Positions 56,101 through 64,000 are shown, counted from the first letter of the stretch. The stretch: 64,000 nucleotides of DNA from an uncultured Phycisphaera sp. (GCA_964501365.1 CAZCST010000009.1:45977-109976); one strand, 5' to 3'. The notes: generated from the sequence alone by a model not told the origin. Program-made: numbers and translations.

Positions 56101-58097
56101 CTTCGCCCGCCGCAGCCTCCCATGAAGGGGGCGGACTCAACGCACCCAGCTTCATCCCCTATGAGCGCCTCAACCAACTCACGGTCCACGGGACACAGGA
56201 GCAGATCACCGAGGTCGAGGAGGTACTGACGCGGCTGGATGTGCCCAGTGAGGAAGACACCTGGCAGGACGTCGCCCTTGCCCATGCCGATGCCAAGCTG
56301 GTCGCTGATACGCTGACCGAGATGTTCGGCGGCGGTGGAGCGGGTGCAGGATCAACCGGCCCCGGCAAACCCGGTCGCCCGGCGGGAGCAGCGTCCGGCG
56401 GCAACGGCGCGAAGTTCATCGGCGAGTCCGGCGGGCGCATCATCTTCTATAGCGCCCCCAAGGCCCGACAGCCGGAAATTCTCGCGACCATCGCCAAGCT
56501 GGAGGAAAAGTCCAAACAAACGTCGCAGCCGCGGGTCATCGAACTCAAGAATGCCACTCCCAGCCAGGTGGCCGAGGCCATCGAGAAGGCTTATGACGTT
56601 CGCCGCACCGGCGCGCAGGGAGGCGCCGCCCCCAAGACCGCACGGTTCACCGTCACAGGGCACGATCCCTCGCATCGCCTCTTCGTAGTGGCCGATGACG
56701 AAATGTTCGCGCAAATCAGCTCGCTGATTACCACGCTGGATCAGCCCGGAAGCAGCAATATCGGCATCGAATTTCGCATTTACCCGCTCCAGTACGCCAG
56801 CGCCAAGGCCGTCCACAGCCAGTTGACCAAGCTGATGACCGACTACATTCAGCGGCTGGGGCCCAACGCACCAAAAATGGAAGCCTTCAGCGTGCAGCCC
56901 GACGAAACCGCCAACGCACTTGTCGTGCTGGGCACGCCGTCAGTCTTCGGTTTCATCGAGGAGAATCTCCGCAAGATCGACACACCGGGTAGCAAGGCTT
57001 CCATGCCGGAAGTGCATGTTGTGAATTTGAAGAACGCGGATCCGGATGCCGTGACGCGAGCACTCACCGAAATCTTCGTGCGTAACGCGGCCAAGTCCGC
57101 CGACGGCGATGCGCCGATTTCGATTTCGGCCGCCAGCGGCTCAAAAGCCGTCATGATCCGGGCCAACGCCGTGGACTTTGCCCGCATCCAGACGGCGATC
57201 AACGAACTCGACACCGATGAGATCGCAACCGGCGGCGAGGTTCGCGTCGTGACAATGCAGTACGGCGACGCATCGGAAATCAAGACGGCTCTCGAGTCGT
57301 ATCTGCAAAAGCCGGCCGGCACGGGAGCGCGAAGCGCCCAGCTTGTCGGTGATGTGCGACTGGCCGTCATGCCGCAGACCAACGCCATCATGATCAGCGG
57401 CGACAAGGACACGCTCGATCGCCTGGAAAGCATCGCCAAAGGCATGGACATCGCCGGTGAGAAAGGCAGCGTTCCGCAGATCATCACATTGAAGTTCGCC
57501 AGCGCCTCGATGATTCTCCCACAGCTCAAGGAAATGTTCAGTGATCCCAAATACGGTGGCGGCCGGAAAGGCTACACGGCCCCGGTCATCGTCGCTGACG
57601 AAGGCTCCAATGCCCTGATCGTCCGCGCGGGTCAGCAGGAACTGACCTCGATCCAGGGGATCGTTTCGGCGCTCGACACCGAAGACAAGGTCGACAAGTC
57701 GGCCCCGCGCATCATCCAGGTGGCGTTGGGGATCAACCTCCAGGACCTTGCCGACGACACGGAAGATACGATTAACGAAACGGCCAAAGCACGGCTGGCC
57801 AATACCAAGGGCGTCCCTGTCCCTGCGATCAAGGCAATAGCCAACCTGCGAACAAATACCATCACGCTTGCGGGCAGTGCGATGCTCTTCGACGAAGCCG
57901 AAGCCTTCATCAAGGCCCAGGAAAAGATGGGTCCTGCGGGCGGGAAGACGACCGTTGTCATCGGCCCCAAGAACATCGCCACGGAGGATTTGCAGCGGTT
58001 GATCGACCAACTGACGCAAAAGCAATCCAGCGGCGGAAGTCATCGCGGCGGTTCGTCCAGCGGCAGCGCACCGCGCCCGCCGCGGACCAACCGTTAG
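50148..58097 (+). CDS. giant exported protein of secretin N0 + ~23 secretin N (NolW-like) repeats, no secretin barrel
   Basis: signal peptide (SPTLA|QTQ); N0-like FKFRIKNGTYEQLIKGFAHQTGL..GTVTF; repeated hxLxxAxAxxhxxxL...xNxLhh.g....h..h..hh..LD units; ends without beta-barrel motifs. Confidence 0.85.
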   Translation: MTVASIVRNRTCWALLALTCVLGIASPTLAQTQTQPPPRRTPPKTQPKPKPAPAGQPANPQPAQPEQPRTQTGEPVAEPPPQQPAGDSGQPSDAVIRDENGRVRIDPEVQRKIDEMLKQDESAHKAAEGQPNAPTPNPAAPGMPQPNPNPNPAAPAGTVPNPIPGGAQAPPVTPPGSPTPEAAKTPAQRAAERRARARGGADGAAGNPPGGQPNAGQPSVGQPAGNQPAPYIPQPIEAAAPVEPPGESTVLQIEPEPEVDPTPLEERRFKFRIKNGTYEQLIKGFAHQTGLGVLGETPKEGTVTFEPNEDLSFREALSRVRMLLFNYKPHEPYWMFYEGTHLQVIRVTDFYRILPTDRMFRSLEELDQANLSDDEIVLVIYTPKSGSISELRQVRDFLPDYVRVTPLEDGNSVSIFALVSDIKKYRLLTKIFDPKGANDPRVTERFDVHNITATQAVDRLRQLADLDNARAGTAPAARGPRGATPREPSAIDQMADPLVVMIPDDSQNYILVRGMPNKIEEIRKLLPFVDISLAQEPYTPVVIKVHNADAGDLVSAIQQVLSASAGPLPGGVAAPAPAPSPRRNKKPAAGGPSPAVPVSADSITLFPHPTQNALLVMADEAGVRKVQELVNLFDVKANIGPLRIQLEVADASEVVSTVTQVLGGGGGAAPGVKGAAAAAPESFQLVPDPSGSSIWYSGNESDLERVQSLVKALDVAGNSPTLHIVKLVYQQPSFVADILRQFDGVAPQAAEPAPAGQKPKTRRATSKGHSASKFTPDDQQKKLYILCNTDDFNRYQDIIAKLDQPEIEKDTFIRIPVKHIDSATAVGKLGDIMPNTPVNQDVRTIAVDGFILLVGASPSDVAVIKEVLAEIDKPSTIETRTFVIKHADPADIKTAIETLVGTGSSEGRSSGGSRRRPRSIASPAQAGEGGPKQGAASAPSTDATVSDDMTIFQIGNQLIVKATPAVLDQVAAVVQQFDVEGSGTDMRVYSDFPPNSDIIGISETLTSVFVGGAKAPRGARGAAAVGGGGAEGPRFIPQPATNRLVIMAEPSQYGEIERLLNILRVEAGKTEPSIVEFIPVEYADPTALAEEIRPLLDMKIRGLVDSGEIAEPAAESTTPTAVPRPNRAKKLQQGGSGSEKYHIGADAHNERIVIAAPQRIVDEAKQLIKQFDVPAKGAKIVFKQVTLDNASPADMVKSIKEMIGNRSATAAPRRAAGGKPGAPGAAPAASPLEGLGGEGLVVTEAPGGGAVLLKGTQAEVDQAEDWIHQLDSMSSRGLKIKLYKITGTDTEKLFDLIVSVVDVGGGGHAPAAGATPRRGAPTNGSKSSSSVDDEEFSTSRTHSGQDLYLHADLISDTLLVASKPSKLQQIDDLVMQFTTDKTIAGAIKDTDVPSFRYTLEFADATDAKWDLEDLIDAVWEGKEKPKIEKFKDMLIVKYPDESRFDEIRKMIKDLDKPSEKESKLVKVSKVPPAGLSPRDTAIWIKQNHPDWDIEIEDAGIDQEQPTYGVEQLKPIDGPKTESLNKAKPAARGRVDAITPGRLPLPFQRTVDAILFSVLAQTPPDEEQPEPGQEEVQPQEEPEIQQPVAQPVPRDFGDRLIRQAVTPILPQSQAQNPKDSGSKTTSKDAKKSSNKGKKARIIYNNNDGVYWIESDKDSVDDIENSLDDLDKELKDIVVAPDIRIYRVRYIDVYSAQEIIEEMFNATKAMQQQVQQQQAQQNAMMRAQQQQQLQQQRLQQQQGQQGRGQEGKDAGKNGQQTPQQLAAAQQMAQQMQVPQLPTPAVRVYPNPRDRSLILRAESSQYPHILELLATIDQPKPIDSKTRTYPLKRVSATEMEQMLRETLRLDEAGSKSRANSGQRNPNVPGGGAQSATGPGGQLPETILQESATKSLLGVDPQDITIFSSETANTIMAVAPPAALDYIGKLIEQFESGDIPERLTRFYAVQHASVTDVAQQLEDYFAAKHPRTSGGGGGRSSRKGSPEGASPAAASHEGGGLNAPSFIPYERLNQLTVHGTQEQITEVEEVLTRLDVPSEEDTWQDVALAHADAKLVADTLTEMFGGGGAGAGSTGPGKPGRPAGAASGGNGAKFIGESGGRIIFYSAPKARQPEILATIAKLEEKSKQTSQPRVIELKNATPSQVAEAIEKAYDVRRTGAQGGAAPKTARFTVTGHDPSHRLFVVADDEMFAQISSLITTLDQPGSSNIGIEFRIYPLQYASAKAVHSQLTKLMTDYIQRLGPNAPKMEAFSVQPDETANALVVLGTPSVFGFIEENLRKIDTPGSKASMPEVHVVNLKNADPDAVTRALTEIFVRNAAKSADGDAPISISAASGSKAVMIRANAVDFARIQTAINELDTDEIATGGEVRVVTMQYGDASEIKTALESYLQKPAGTGARSAQLVGDVRLAVMPQTNAIMISGDKDTLDRLESIAKGMDIAGEKGSVPQIITLKFASASMILPQLKEMFSDPKYGGGRKGYTAPVIVADEGSNALIVRAGQQELTSIQGIVSALDTEDKVDKSAPRIIQVALGINLQDLADDTEDTINETAKARLANTKGVPVPAIKAIANLRTNTITLAGSAMLFDEAEAFIKAQEKMGPAGGKTTVVIGPKNIATEDLQRLIDQLTQKQSSGGSHRGGSSSGSAPRPPRTNR

Positions 58098-58271
58098 GAA
58101 GAGTTCACAGGCATTGCCGGAATGCGTTCCTCCCGGGGAGGAGGACCGGCAAAGTGCGCGCGAAGGCGGCGGGTTTCTTCGTTGCGTAGCTCGACAGGCG
58201 GAGTTATCGTATCACCCCAGTTGGCTCCCCTGGCATCGTAATTGCGGTAACGATCTCACGAGGCGAAGATT

Positions 58272-61200
58272 ATGAACACAAATCAACGTCGGATCGGAAA
58301 GAGTCTGCCCCTTTGGAACCTATTGGCGCTTGCTGTCGTCGCCTGTTGTTCGACGTTCCTGTCGAGCGTTGTTTCTGCGCAGGACAGACCTCGGCGCGCT
58401 CCTGCAATTCCGCCTTCGGCACAACCCAATCCTGAGCAGGTTGCCCAGCCGCAAGTGGATCAGCAGGAACAACCCGTCAGGCCCGCGCAGCGACGCCAGG
58501 TTCCGCGCCAGACACCGGGACTGGAGCCCGGCGCACCCAACCAACCCAACCAGCCCGCGCCGCCGGTAGACCGGGTCTCCGAGATGTTGAAGCAGGTCGA
58601 TCCAGCGATTATCGCCCGGCTGGCCGGGGCCGATGTCACGGTCGAAATTGTCGGCGGGCAAATCATCCTTCACGGACCCGAAGAGGCCGTCAAAACTCTC
58701 GAACTCCTCATTCGGGGCCTCGATGTCGAGCAGGAGCACGAGCGGCCCGTCGTGCAGGTGGTCACGGTCTACGAACGCGATGCAAACGAAATCGCCCGCT
58801 CGCTGGAGGCGGCGCTCAAGCAGGTCATTCACAGGCCCAATCAGACTCCTGAACAGCAGGTCAAGATCACAGCGCTGGCGTGGAATATTCTCCTGGTGTC
58901 CGCAATGCCAGAGGATATCAACTTTGTGATTGACACCATCGAGCAGGTGGATTCCATTCCCGACCCGCTGGGCGGCAAGATCGAGCTCATGCGTTTTCAA
59001 GTGAAGTACCGCAAGGCCAGCGATGTGTCGAAAGAGCTTGAAAAGATCGTCACCCAGATTCGCCAGGCCGGTGGTGCGAACAAGGACAAGACCAAACTTC
59101 AATTCATTCCCAACAACGCGAACAACACCATCACCGTGACGGCCCGCGAAACCGAGCGCGAAAAAATCCAGGCGCTCATCGACCAGATCGACGTGGAGCC
59201 CGTGCCCGGCTACGGCGAAATCAAACTCACGGTTTTCCCGCTCATGCATTCGAAGTCCAATGAACTTGCCAAAGTGATTCAGGATTTGCTCAAGTCACCG
59301 TCTGGGGCGGGCGGCGCTTCGGGAGGTTCCGGAGGCAGCCGGGATTCGCTGGAGGAAACACTGTATCGTCTGATCATCAGCAAGGCCGCGCCCGATGGGC
59401 AGATTACCGATTTGCCGCCCATCGACCTGCAAAAGCCCCTGAAGATCACTTCGGACGAAGGAACCAACAGCCTGATCATTGCGACGCCCGAAGAGAATGT
59501 GTCGCCCATGGCTGAGTTGATCCGTCTGCTCGACGGCGTGCCGCTGGGAGCGGACGTGGCCGTGCGCCTCTTCCCGCTTCGTTTCGCCACCGCCGAGTCT
59601 CTCGCCGACACACTCAAGAAGATGTTTGATGAAGGAAAGAAACTGCCGGAGGATCCAGGTGGCAGCGCCAAGGATGCCGTTCCATCGGAATTGCGCGGCA
59701 AGGCCCTCGTCTATAATGTCGGGATCGTCGCCGATGCCCGGACCAACACCCTGGTCGTTTCCGGTCGCCCCGAGCAGCTCTCTCTGGTCGACGAAGTTGT
59801 TGCCAAGCTCGATCAGCCGTCCACGGCATTGAAATTCCCGCTCCGGCTCATCCCGCTGGAGTTTTCCGACGCGACAGCCCTCGGCGAAACGATCACCACG
59901 CTGTTCAAACAACGCTTCGACGCCGCCCAGTCCTCCGGCGCCGACAAGACGGCTCTCGAACGTGAACGCCTCTTCCTGAGCACTGATCTGCGAAGCAATT
60001 CGCTCATCGTTTCCGCTTCCGAAGAGAACTACAACGAAATTATGGGCATCGTAAAGCAGCTCGACACCAAGCCGGCCAAACTCTTCGATCAAATTCGCAT
60101 CGTCCCGCTGCAGCGTCTGTCAGCCACCGACATGCAGAAGAAGATCGAGGAACTCTGGAAGCGCAAAGCCGAACTCCGCCGCAAGGCCGAACTGATCGAG
60201 GACCTGCCCGTAATCGCCGTGGACACGCGCAGCAATTCGCTCATCGTCGCGTCAAGCATTGAGGATTTCGATGAAATCCAGCGGCTCGTCCGGGCCCTTG
60301 AGAATCAGCCGCTCATCGAGGACACCACGCTCTACAAACTCGAGTTCGCCGACGCCACCGCCCTGGCCTCCATGCTCGATGAACTCTTCAAGGGCATCGC
60401 CGGGCAATCCGAGAACATCAAGGCCCCCACGATCCTCGCCGAGCCGCGCAGCAACGCCCTGGTCGTCGCGGGCACGCGCGACATGATCGAACGCGTCGCG
60501 GAGGTCGTGAAGCGCCTCGACGTGCAGGCCGGTCCGCTCACCTCGATCTTCCGCGTCTATCCGTTGAAGAACGGCTCGGCGGCACAGCTCGCCCCGCGCA
60601 TCCAGGAACTCTTCGACGCCCAGAAGGGCGCCGGCGGTGAGGCCGCCAAGACCCCCGTGGTCGTCATGGCCGAGGAAACCTCCAACAGCCTCGTGGTCAG
60701 CGCCTCGCGCGACATTCATGCGGAAATCGGCGGGCTGATCGAGCTTCTCGACAAGCCTTCGACGATCGCCCGACATTTCCGGATTTTCCCGCTGAAATTT
60801 GCCAAGGCCTCCACCATTTCCGAAAAACTGGAGAGCTTGTTCAAGTCGCAGGCGGAGGGAAGTTCCGGTCGTGCCGACGCCCTCGGCGTGCAGGCCGACG
60901 AGCGATCCAATTCACTCGTGGTCTGGGCATCACCCACTCAAATGACGAACATCGCTGAAATTATTGACAAGCTCGACACCGTTTCGCCGATCCGCGAACA
61001 GATGGTCAAGGTGATTCAGCTTCGTCAGGCTCTGGCCACCGATTTCGCCAAGCTGCTCGAGGACACGCTTGTCGGGCAGGGTGACGCAAAGGACGAAGAG
61101 GCCGTCATTGTTTCCTTCCTCGAAAAAAATCCCGATGGCCGCGAAATTGTCCGAAAACTTCTGCGCCAGGATATCAAAATCAAGCCCGACCCGCGCACCA

Positions 61201-62915
61201 ATTCGCTCATGGTAATGGCCCCGGCCGACAGCATGGCCATGCTCGAATCCATGATTCGCGACTTTGACCGCATTCGACCCATCACCTCGGAAATCCGGCT
61301 CTTCCCGCTGATCAACTCCGATGCCAAGACGATGGTCGATCAACTCGAGCAGCTTTTCCAGACCAAGGGTGGAACCGGCGGCGCGGAGGGCGAAGCCAAG
61401 AGTGAACTCGTCTTTGGCGCCGCTCTCACCCAGAAGGACCAGGAGCAACTCGCCAGCGTTGGCCAGGAACTGCGTTTCGCCGCTGACACGCGGACAAACA
61501 CACTGATCGCAGCCGGCGCCCCCGTCTACCTGACCATGGTTGAAGACTTGGTTCGGTTCCTTGATTCGCAGCAGGCCGAAGACCGCGTCTCCACGGTGTA
61601 TTCGCCCAAATATCTGCCGGCGACCGACTTGCAAAAGGCCATCAAGGGCTTCGTCGATCAGGAAATCGCCGTCCTGGGCGAGGGCGACACAGAGGAATCG
61701 CGCGTCCGCCGCCAGGAACGACAGGTATCTGTCGAGAGTCTTGGCGACGTGGAAAAAGGCAGCAGCAGCCTTCTGGTGGGAACCAGCTCGCGTTCCTATC
61801 AAAAGACGATGGACATGATCCAGTCGCTGGATCGCGCCGAACCCCAGGTGATGATCTCCGTGCTCATCGCCGAAGTTTCTCTCACGGATGACATTGACCT
61901 CGGCGTGGAAATTGCAGGACAGGAATTGGACTTCACGAGGAATGCCGTCGTCGGGCCCAATGGAGTCATCGAAGGCAGTGATTTTGATACTGTAGCGGGA
62001 ACCGTTCTCGGTGCCGCCGGAAACGGACTTGGGTTTAACTTCACGGTCACCGGTGAAGACTTCAGCTTCCTGCTCCACGCGCTCCAGACCGATAGCCGCC
62101 TCGAAGTTCTCTCCCGCCCGGTGCTCATGGTCCGTAACGGCGAGGAGGGCAAAATCACCATCGCCGAGGAAGTTCCCATCGTGTCGAGTTCGCAAATCAC
62201 GGACTCTGGACAGATCAACGTCACCCCGGGCCGTGAGGAGGTCGGCATCATCCTCACCGCCACGCCCCACATCAGCCCCGATGGCTACGTCACCATCGAG
62301 CTGAGCCAGGAGATTTCCAACATCGGCGCAAACGTGCAGCTCTCTTCGGACCTCAGCCAGCCGATCTTCAACAAGCGCGAAGTGCAGACCAACATCACCG
62401 TCCGCGACGGCGAGACGGCCATCGTGGGAGGTCTGATTCAGTCCAATGATTCCCATAGCGAAACGAAGGTGCCTTTCCTAGGGGATATTCCCGGCCTGGG
62501 CGCTCTCTTCCGCACGACCACTGGCAAGAACAGCAAGACGGAACTTCTTGTGGTGCTCACCGTCGACGTGCTTCGCACTGACCAGGACGTCAAGCAGATG
62601 TCCATCGAGCAGCGCGACAAGTTCATCCTTCCGGACTCCATCCGCCAGAGTCCTCTGATGGAAGGCCTGCGCATCAAGCCCGAGGAATGCGGACTGGGCC
62701 CCCAGAATCGAGATCATGTTGACCGCAAACCGGTTCCCGCGGCCACCTCACCAGCGATCCTGCCAGACGATCGCAAGGGAGTGCAGCAGGAGTACGGTCC
62801 CAAGCCCAAGATTTACGGACCGCCGATCAACCGGGGAAATTCCACCAGCACGACCTCGACGGGCGTCTACGGGCCTCGCATTGCCCGTAACGGCGCTTCA
62901 TCGGATTCAAACTGA
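58272..62915 (+). CDS. gspD: secretin GspD with 12 complete N repeats plus one partial, and C-terminal barrel
   Basis: signal peptide; EPQVMISVLIAEV, LEVLSRPVLMVRNGEEG.I, EVGIILTATPHI, VGGLI, KVPFLGDIPGLGALFR. Confidence 0.95.
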   Translation: MNTNQRRIGKSLPLWNLLALAVVACCSTFLSSVVSAQDRPRRAPAIPPSAQPNPEQVAQPQVDQQEQPVRPAQRRQVPRQTPGLEPGAPNQPNQPAPPVDRVSEMLKQVDPAIIARLAGADVTVEIVGGQIILHGPEEAVKTLELLIRGLDVEQEHERPVVQVVTVYERDANEIARSLEAALKQVIHRPNQTPEQQVKITALAWNILLVSAMPEDINFVIDTIEQVDSIPDPLGGKIELMRFQVKYRKASDVSKELEKIVTQIRQAGGANKDKTKLQFIPNNANNTITVTARETEREKIQALIDQIDVEPVPGYGEIKLTVFPLMHSKSNELAKVIQDLLKSPSGAGGASGGSGGSRDSLEETLYRLIISKAAPDGQITDLPPIDLQKPLKITSDEGTNSLIIATPEENVSPMAELIRLLDGVPLGADVAVRLFPLRFATAESLADTLKKMFDEGKKLPEDPGGSAKDAVPSELRGKALVYNVGIVADARTNTLVVSGRPEQLSLVDEVVAKLDQPSTALKFPLRLIPLEFSDATALGETITTLFKQRFDAAQSSGADKTALERERLFLSTDLRSNSLIVSASEENYNEIMGIVKQLDTKPAKLFDQIRIVPLQRLSATDMQKKIEELWKRKAELRRKAELIEDLPVIAVDTRSNSLIVASSIEDFDEIQRLVRALENQPLIEDTTLYKLEFADATALASMLDELFKGIAGQSENIKAPTILAEPRSNALVVAGTRDMIERVAEVVKRLDVQAGPLTSIFRVYPLKNGSAAQLAPRIQELFDAQKGAGGEAAKTPVVVMAEETSNSLVVSASRDIHAEIGGLIELLDKPSTIARHFRIFPLKFAKASTISEKLESLFKSQAEGSSGRADALGVQADERSNSLVVWASPTQMTNIAEIIDKLDTVSPIREQMVKVIQLRQALATDFAKLLEDTLVGQGDAKDEEAVIVSFLEKNPDGREIVRKLLRQDIKIKPDPRTNSLMVMAPADSMAMLESMIRDFDRIRPITSEIRLFPLINSDAKTMVDQLEQLFQTKGGTGGAEGEAKSELVFGAALTQKDQEQLASVGQELRFAADTRTNTLIAAGAPVYLTMVEDLVRFLDSQQAEDRVSTVYSPKYLPATDLQKAIKGFVDQEIAVLGEGDTEESRVRRQERQVSVESLGDVEKGSSSLLVGTSSRSYQKTMDMIQSLDRAEPQVMISVLIAEVSLTDDIDLGVEIAGQELDFTRNAVVGPNGVIEGSDFDTVAGTVLGAAGNGLGFNFTVTGEDFSFLLHALQTDSRLEVLSRPVLMVRNGEEGKITIAEEVPIVSSSQITDSGQINVTPGREEVGIILTATPHISPDGYVTIELSQEISNIGANVQLSSDLSQPIFNKREVQTNITVRDGETAIVGGLIQSNDSHSETKVPFLGDIPGLGALFRTTTGKNSKTELLVVLTVDVLRTDQDVKQMSIEQRDKFILPDSIRQSPLMEGLRIKPEECGLGPQNRDHVDRKPVPAATSPAILPDDRKGVQQEYGPKPKIYGPPINRGNSTSTTSTGVYGPRIARNGASSDSN

Positions 62916-63505
62916 TGGCCGGCCGCGCTTGGTTTGCTCGCAGGTTTCCGCGCATTGTCGCTGCATCAACCAGCGCGGCACTGGGATTGTCCCTGGCCGG
63001 CTGTCAATTGTTTCATCGTGAAAAAGCGCCTGCACCGCCCCCCCCACACCAATTTCGGCCTTCAAGCACACCCCGCGCGCCGCGGTCGGCGGAAACGGTG
63101 CGGGTTCAGAGCGTCATCTGCCTGTTCGATCAGAAGCCCTGGATCAGCGCGGACATGGCCGGCGACCGGGATCCCGAGGGCGTTCAATACCGTATTTTTC
63201 TCAACGCAGGTGGAGATCGAGGCGTTCCTCGCGACGGAACCATTCACGTTGAGATGTACCGCATGGGACGCGACGAAAAAGGCGAGCAAACCCGGGTGCT
63301 GGTCAGCGACTGGCATTATCCAACGTCTCAGTTTACCCGTGTGTCGGCCAACCTGCTGGGAATCGGCTACCACGTGCAGCTTCGGTGGGCCAAGAAAGAT
63401 GTCGCCGGAAGCGAAGTCGAAATTGTCACGCAATTTGAGGACGAAAGCGGAAACATCACGCGCGGGGCCACCAAACGACTCCGGGTCCCGAAATACTCCT
63501 CGTAA
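62915..63505 (+). CDS. lipoprotein, candidate pilotin/secretin accessory
   Basis: lipobox LSLAG|C with Gln at +2; TGATG coupling to gspD; beta-rich body. Confidence 0.7.
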   Translation: MAGRAWFARRFPRIVAASTSAALGLSLAGCQLFHREKAPAPPPPHQFRPSSTPRAPRSAETVRVQSVICLFDQKPWISADMAGDRDPEGVQYRIFLNAGGDRGVPRDGTIHVEMYRMGRDEKGEQTRVLVSDWHYPTSQFTRVSANLLGIGYHVQLRWAKKDVAGSEVEIVTQFEDESGNITRGATKRLRVPKYSS

Positions 63506-63641
63506 CCCCCTCCGGGCGGATCGCCTATCCAGTCCAGTCCTGGTGTTCCTCTTGCAACATCGGCCCGGCAGTGGGGCAGGAGCGGCGGCACGCTGTTTCG
63601 TGCCCTTCGCCGTCAACAAACCGTTCTATAGAATCGTGTGA

Positions 63642-64000
63642 ATGCTCGAGCGCCTCGATGAAACCATAGTGGCCATATCCTCGGCGCCTGGACGGGGTAC
63701 GGTGGGCATCGTTCGCCTGAGTGGTCCCAGAGCCTATGAGCTTCTTCGCTTAATTGCCCCCAACGCCGGAGAATTCACGCCCCCGGCCCGTGTGCGCGAC
63801 GAAGTGGTCATGGAGGGAGCGGCCTTTCCCGCCGTGTTGTATCTATTCCGCGCCCCCCACAGCTACACCCGTCAGGACCTTGTGGAGATCCATACCGTCG
63901 GCGCTCCGCCGATCCTGCAAATGATTTGTGAAAAGCTCGTTTCATTGGGCGCGATTCCGGCTCAACCCGGCGAGTTCACCGCCCGGGCCTATTTTAACGG
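63642..64000 (+). CDS. mnmE: tRNA modification GTPase MnmE (partial, runs off right edge)
   Basis: manual translation MLERLDETIVAISSAPGRGTVGIVRLSGP..FRAPHSYTRQDLVEIHTVG..AQPGEFTARAYFNG. Confidence 0.93.
   Translation, partial: MLERLDETIVAISSAPGRGTVGIVRLSGPRAYELLRLIAPNAGEFTPPARVRDEVVMEGAAFPAVLYLFRAPHSYTRQDLVEIHTVGAPPILQMICEKLVSLGAIPAQPGEFTARAYFN

Noticed and set aside
58098-58271. The giant N-repeat gene and gspD as one frameshifted or broken gene (pseudogene or sequencing error)
   Set aside because: There is a 174-bp spacer with its own hairpin, and the second ORF has its own signal peptide and P/Q linker, so they look like two genuine genes.
1-64000. tRNA, rRNA, integrase, transposase, prophage or toxin/defence genes
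   Set aside because: None was recognised by eye in intergenic regions or ORFs; a tRNAscan/Infernal/HMM run would be needed to exclude small ones.

Overview
High-GC bacterial chromosomal window, probably Planctomycetota (Phycisphaerae-like). That assignment is inferred from gene style and content, not proven. The left half is mostly housekeeping: a minus-strand nusA-infB-(Zn-ribbon protein)-DUF503-rbfA-(HhH-GPD-like)-TPR operon, an rpmF-plsX-fabH-fabD-fabG-acpP-fabF-DUF3052 operon, and assorted enzymes. These are followed by csp, nbaC-thiE, yeaG(prkA)-yeaH-spoVR, a YyaL-family gene, mutS and cmk. The right 24 kb is one type II secretion/type IV pilus-like locus (gspF,G,H,I,J,K, PilM-PilN fusion, PilO-Ig-GspC/PilP-like fusion, lipoprotein), then the start of mnmE. 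Most notable is an apparently split, giant secretin. A ~2650-aa exported protein carries the N0 domain plus ~23 secretin N-type repeats but no barrel, and ends in half a repeat. It is followed by a 1547-aa secretin that lacks N0, starts with a partial repeat, and has 12 more repeats plus the barrel. The second theme is dense colonisation by small palindromic repeats (GTAG/CGTC-type REPs, a CTCTCCC/GGGAGAG family, and 7/8-mer tandem-repeat palindromes). Several are translated in frame inside mutS (3 inserts), thiE, the YyaL gene and the GspI-like leader. No rRNA, tRNA, CRISPR array, transposase or integrase was recognised. All calls are by eye from sequence motifs; no database searches were run.
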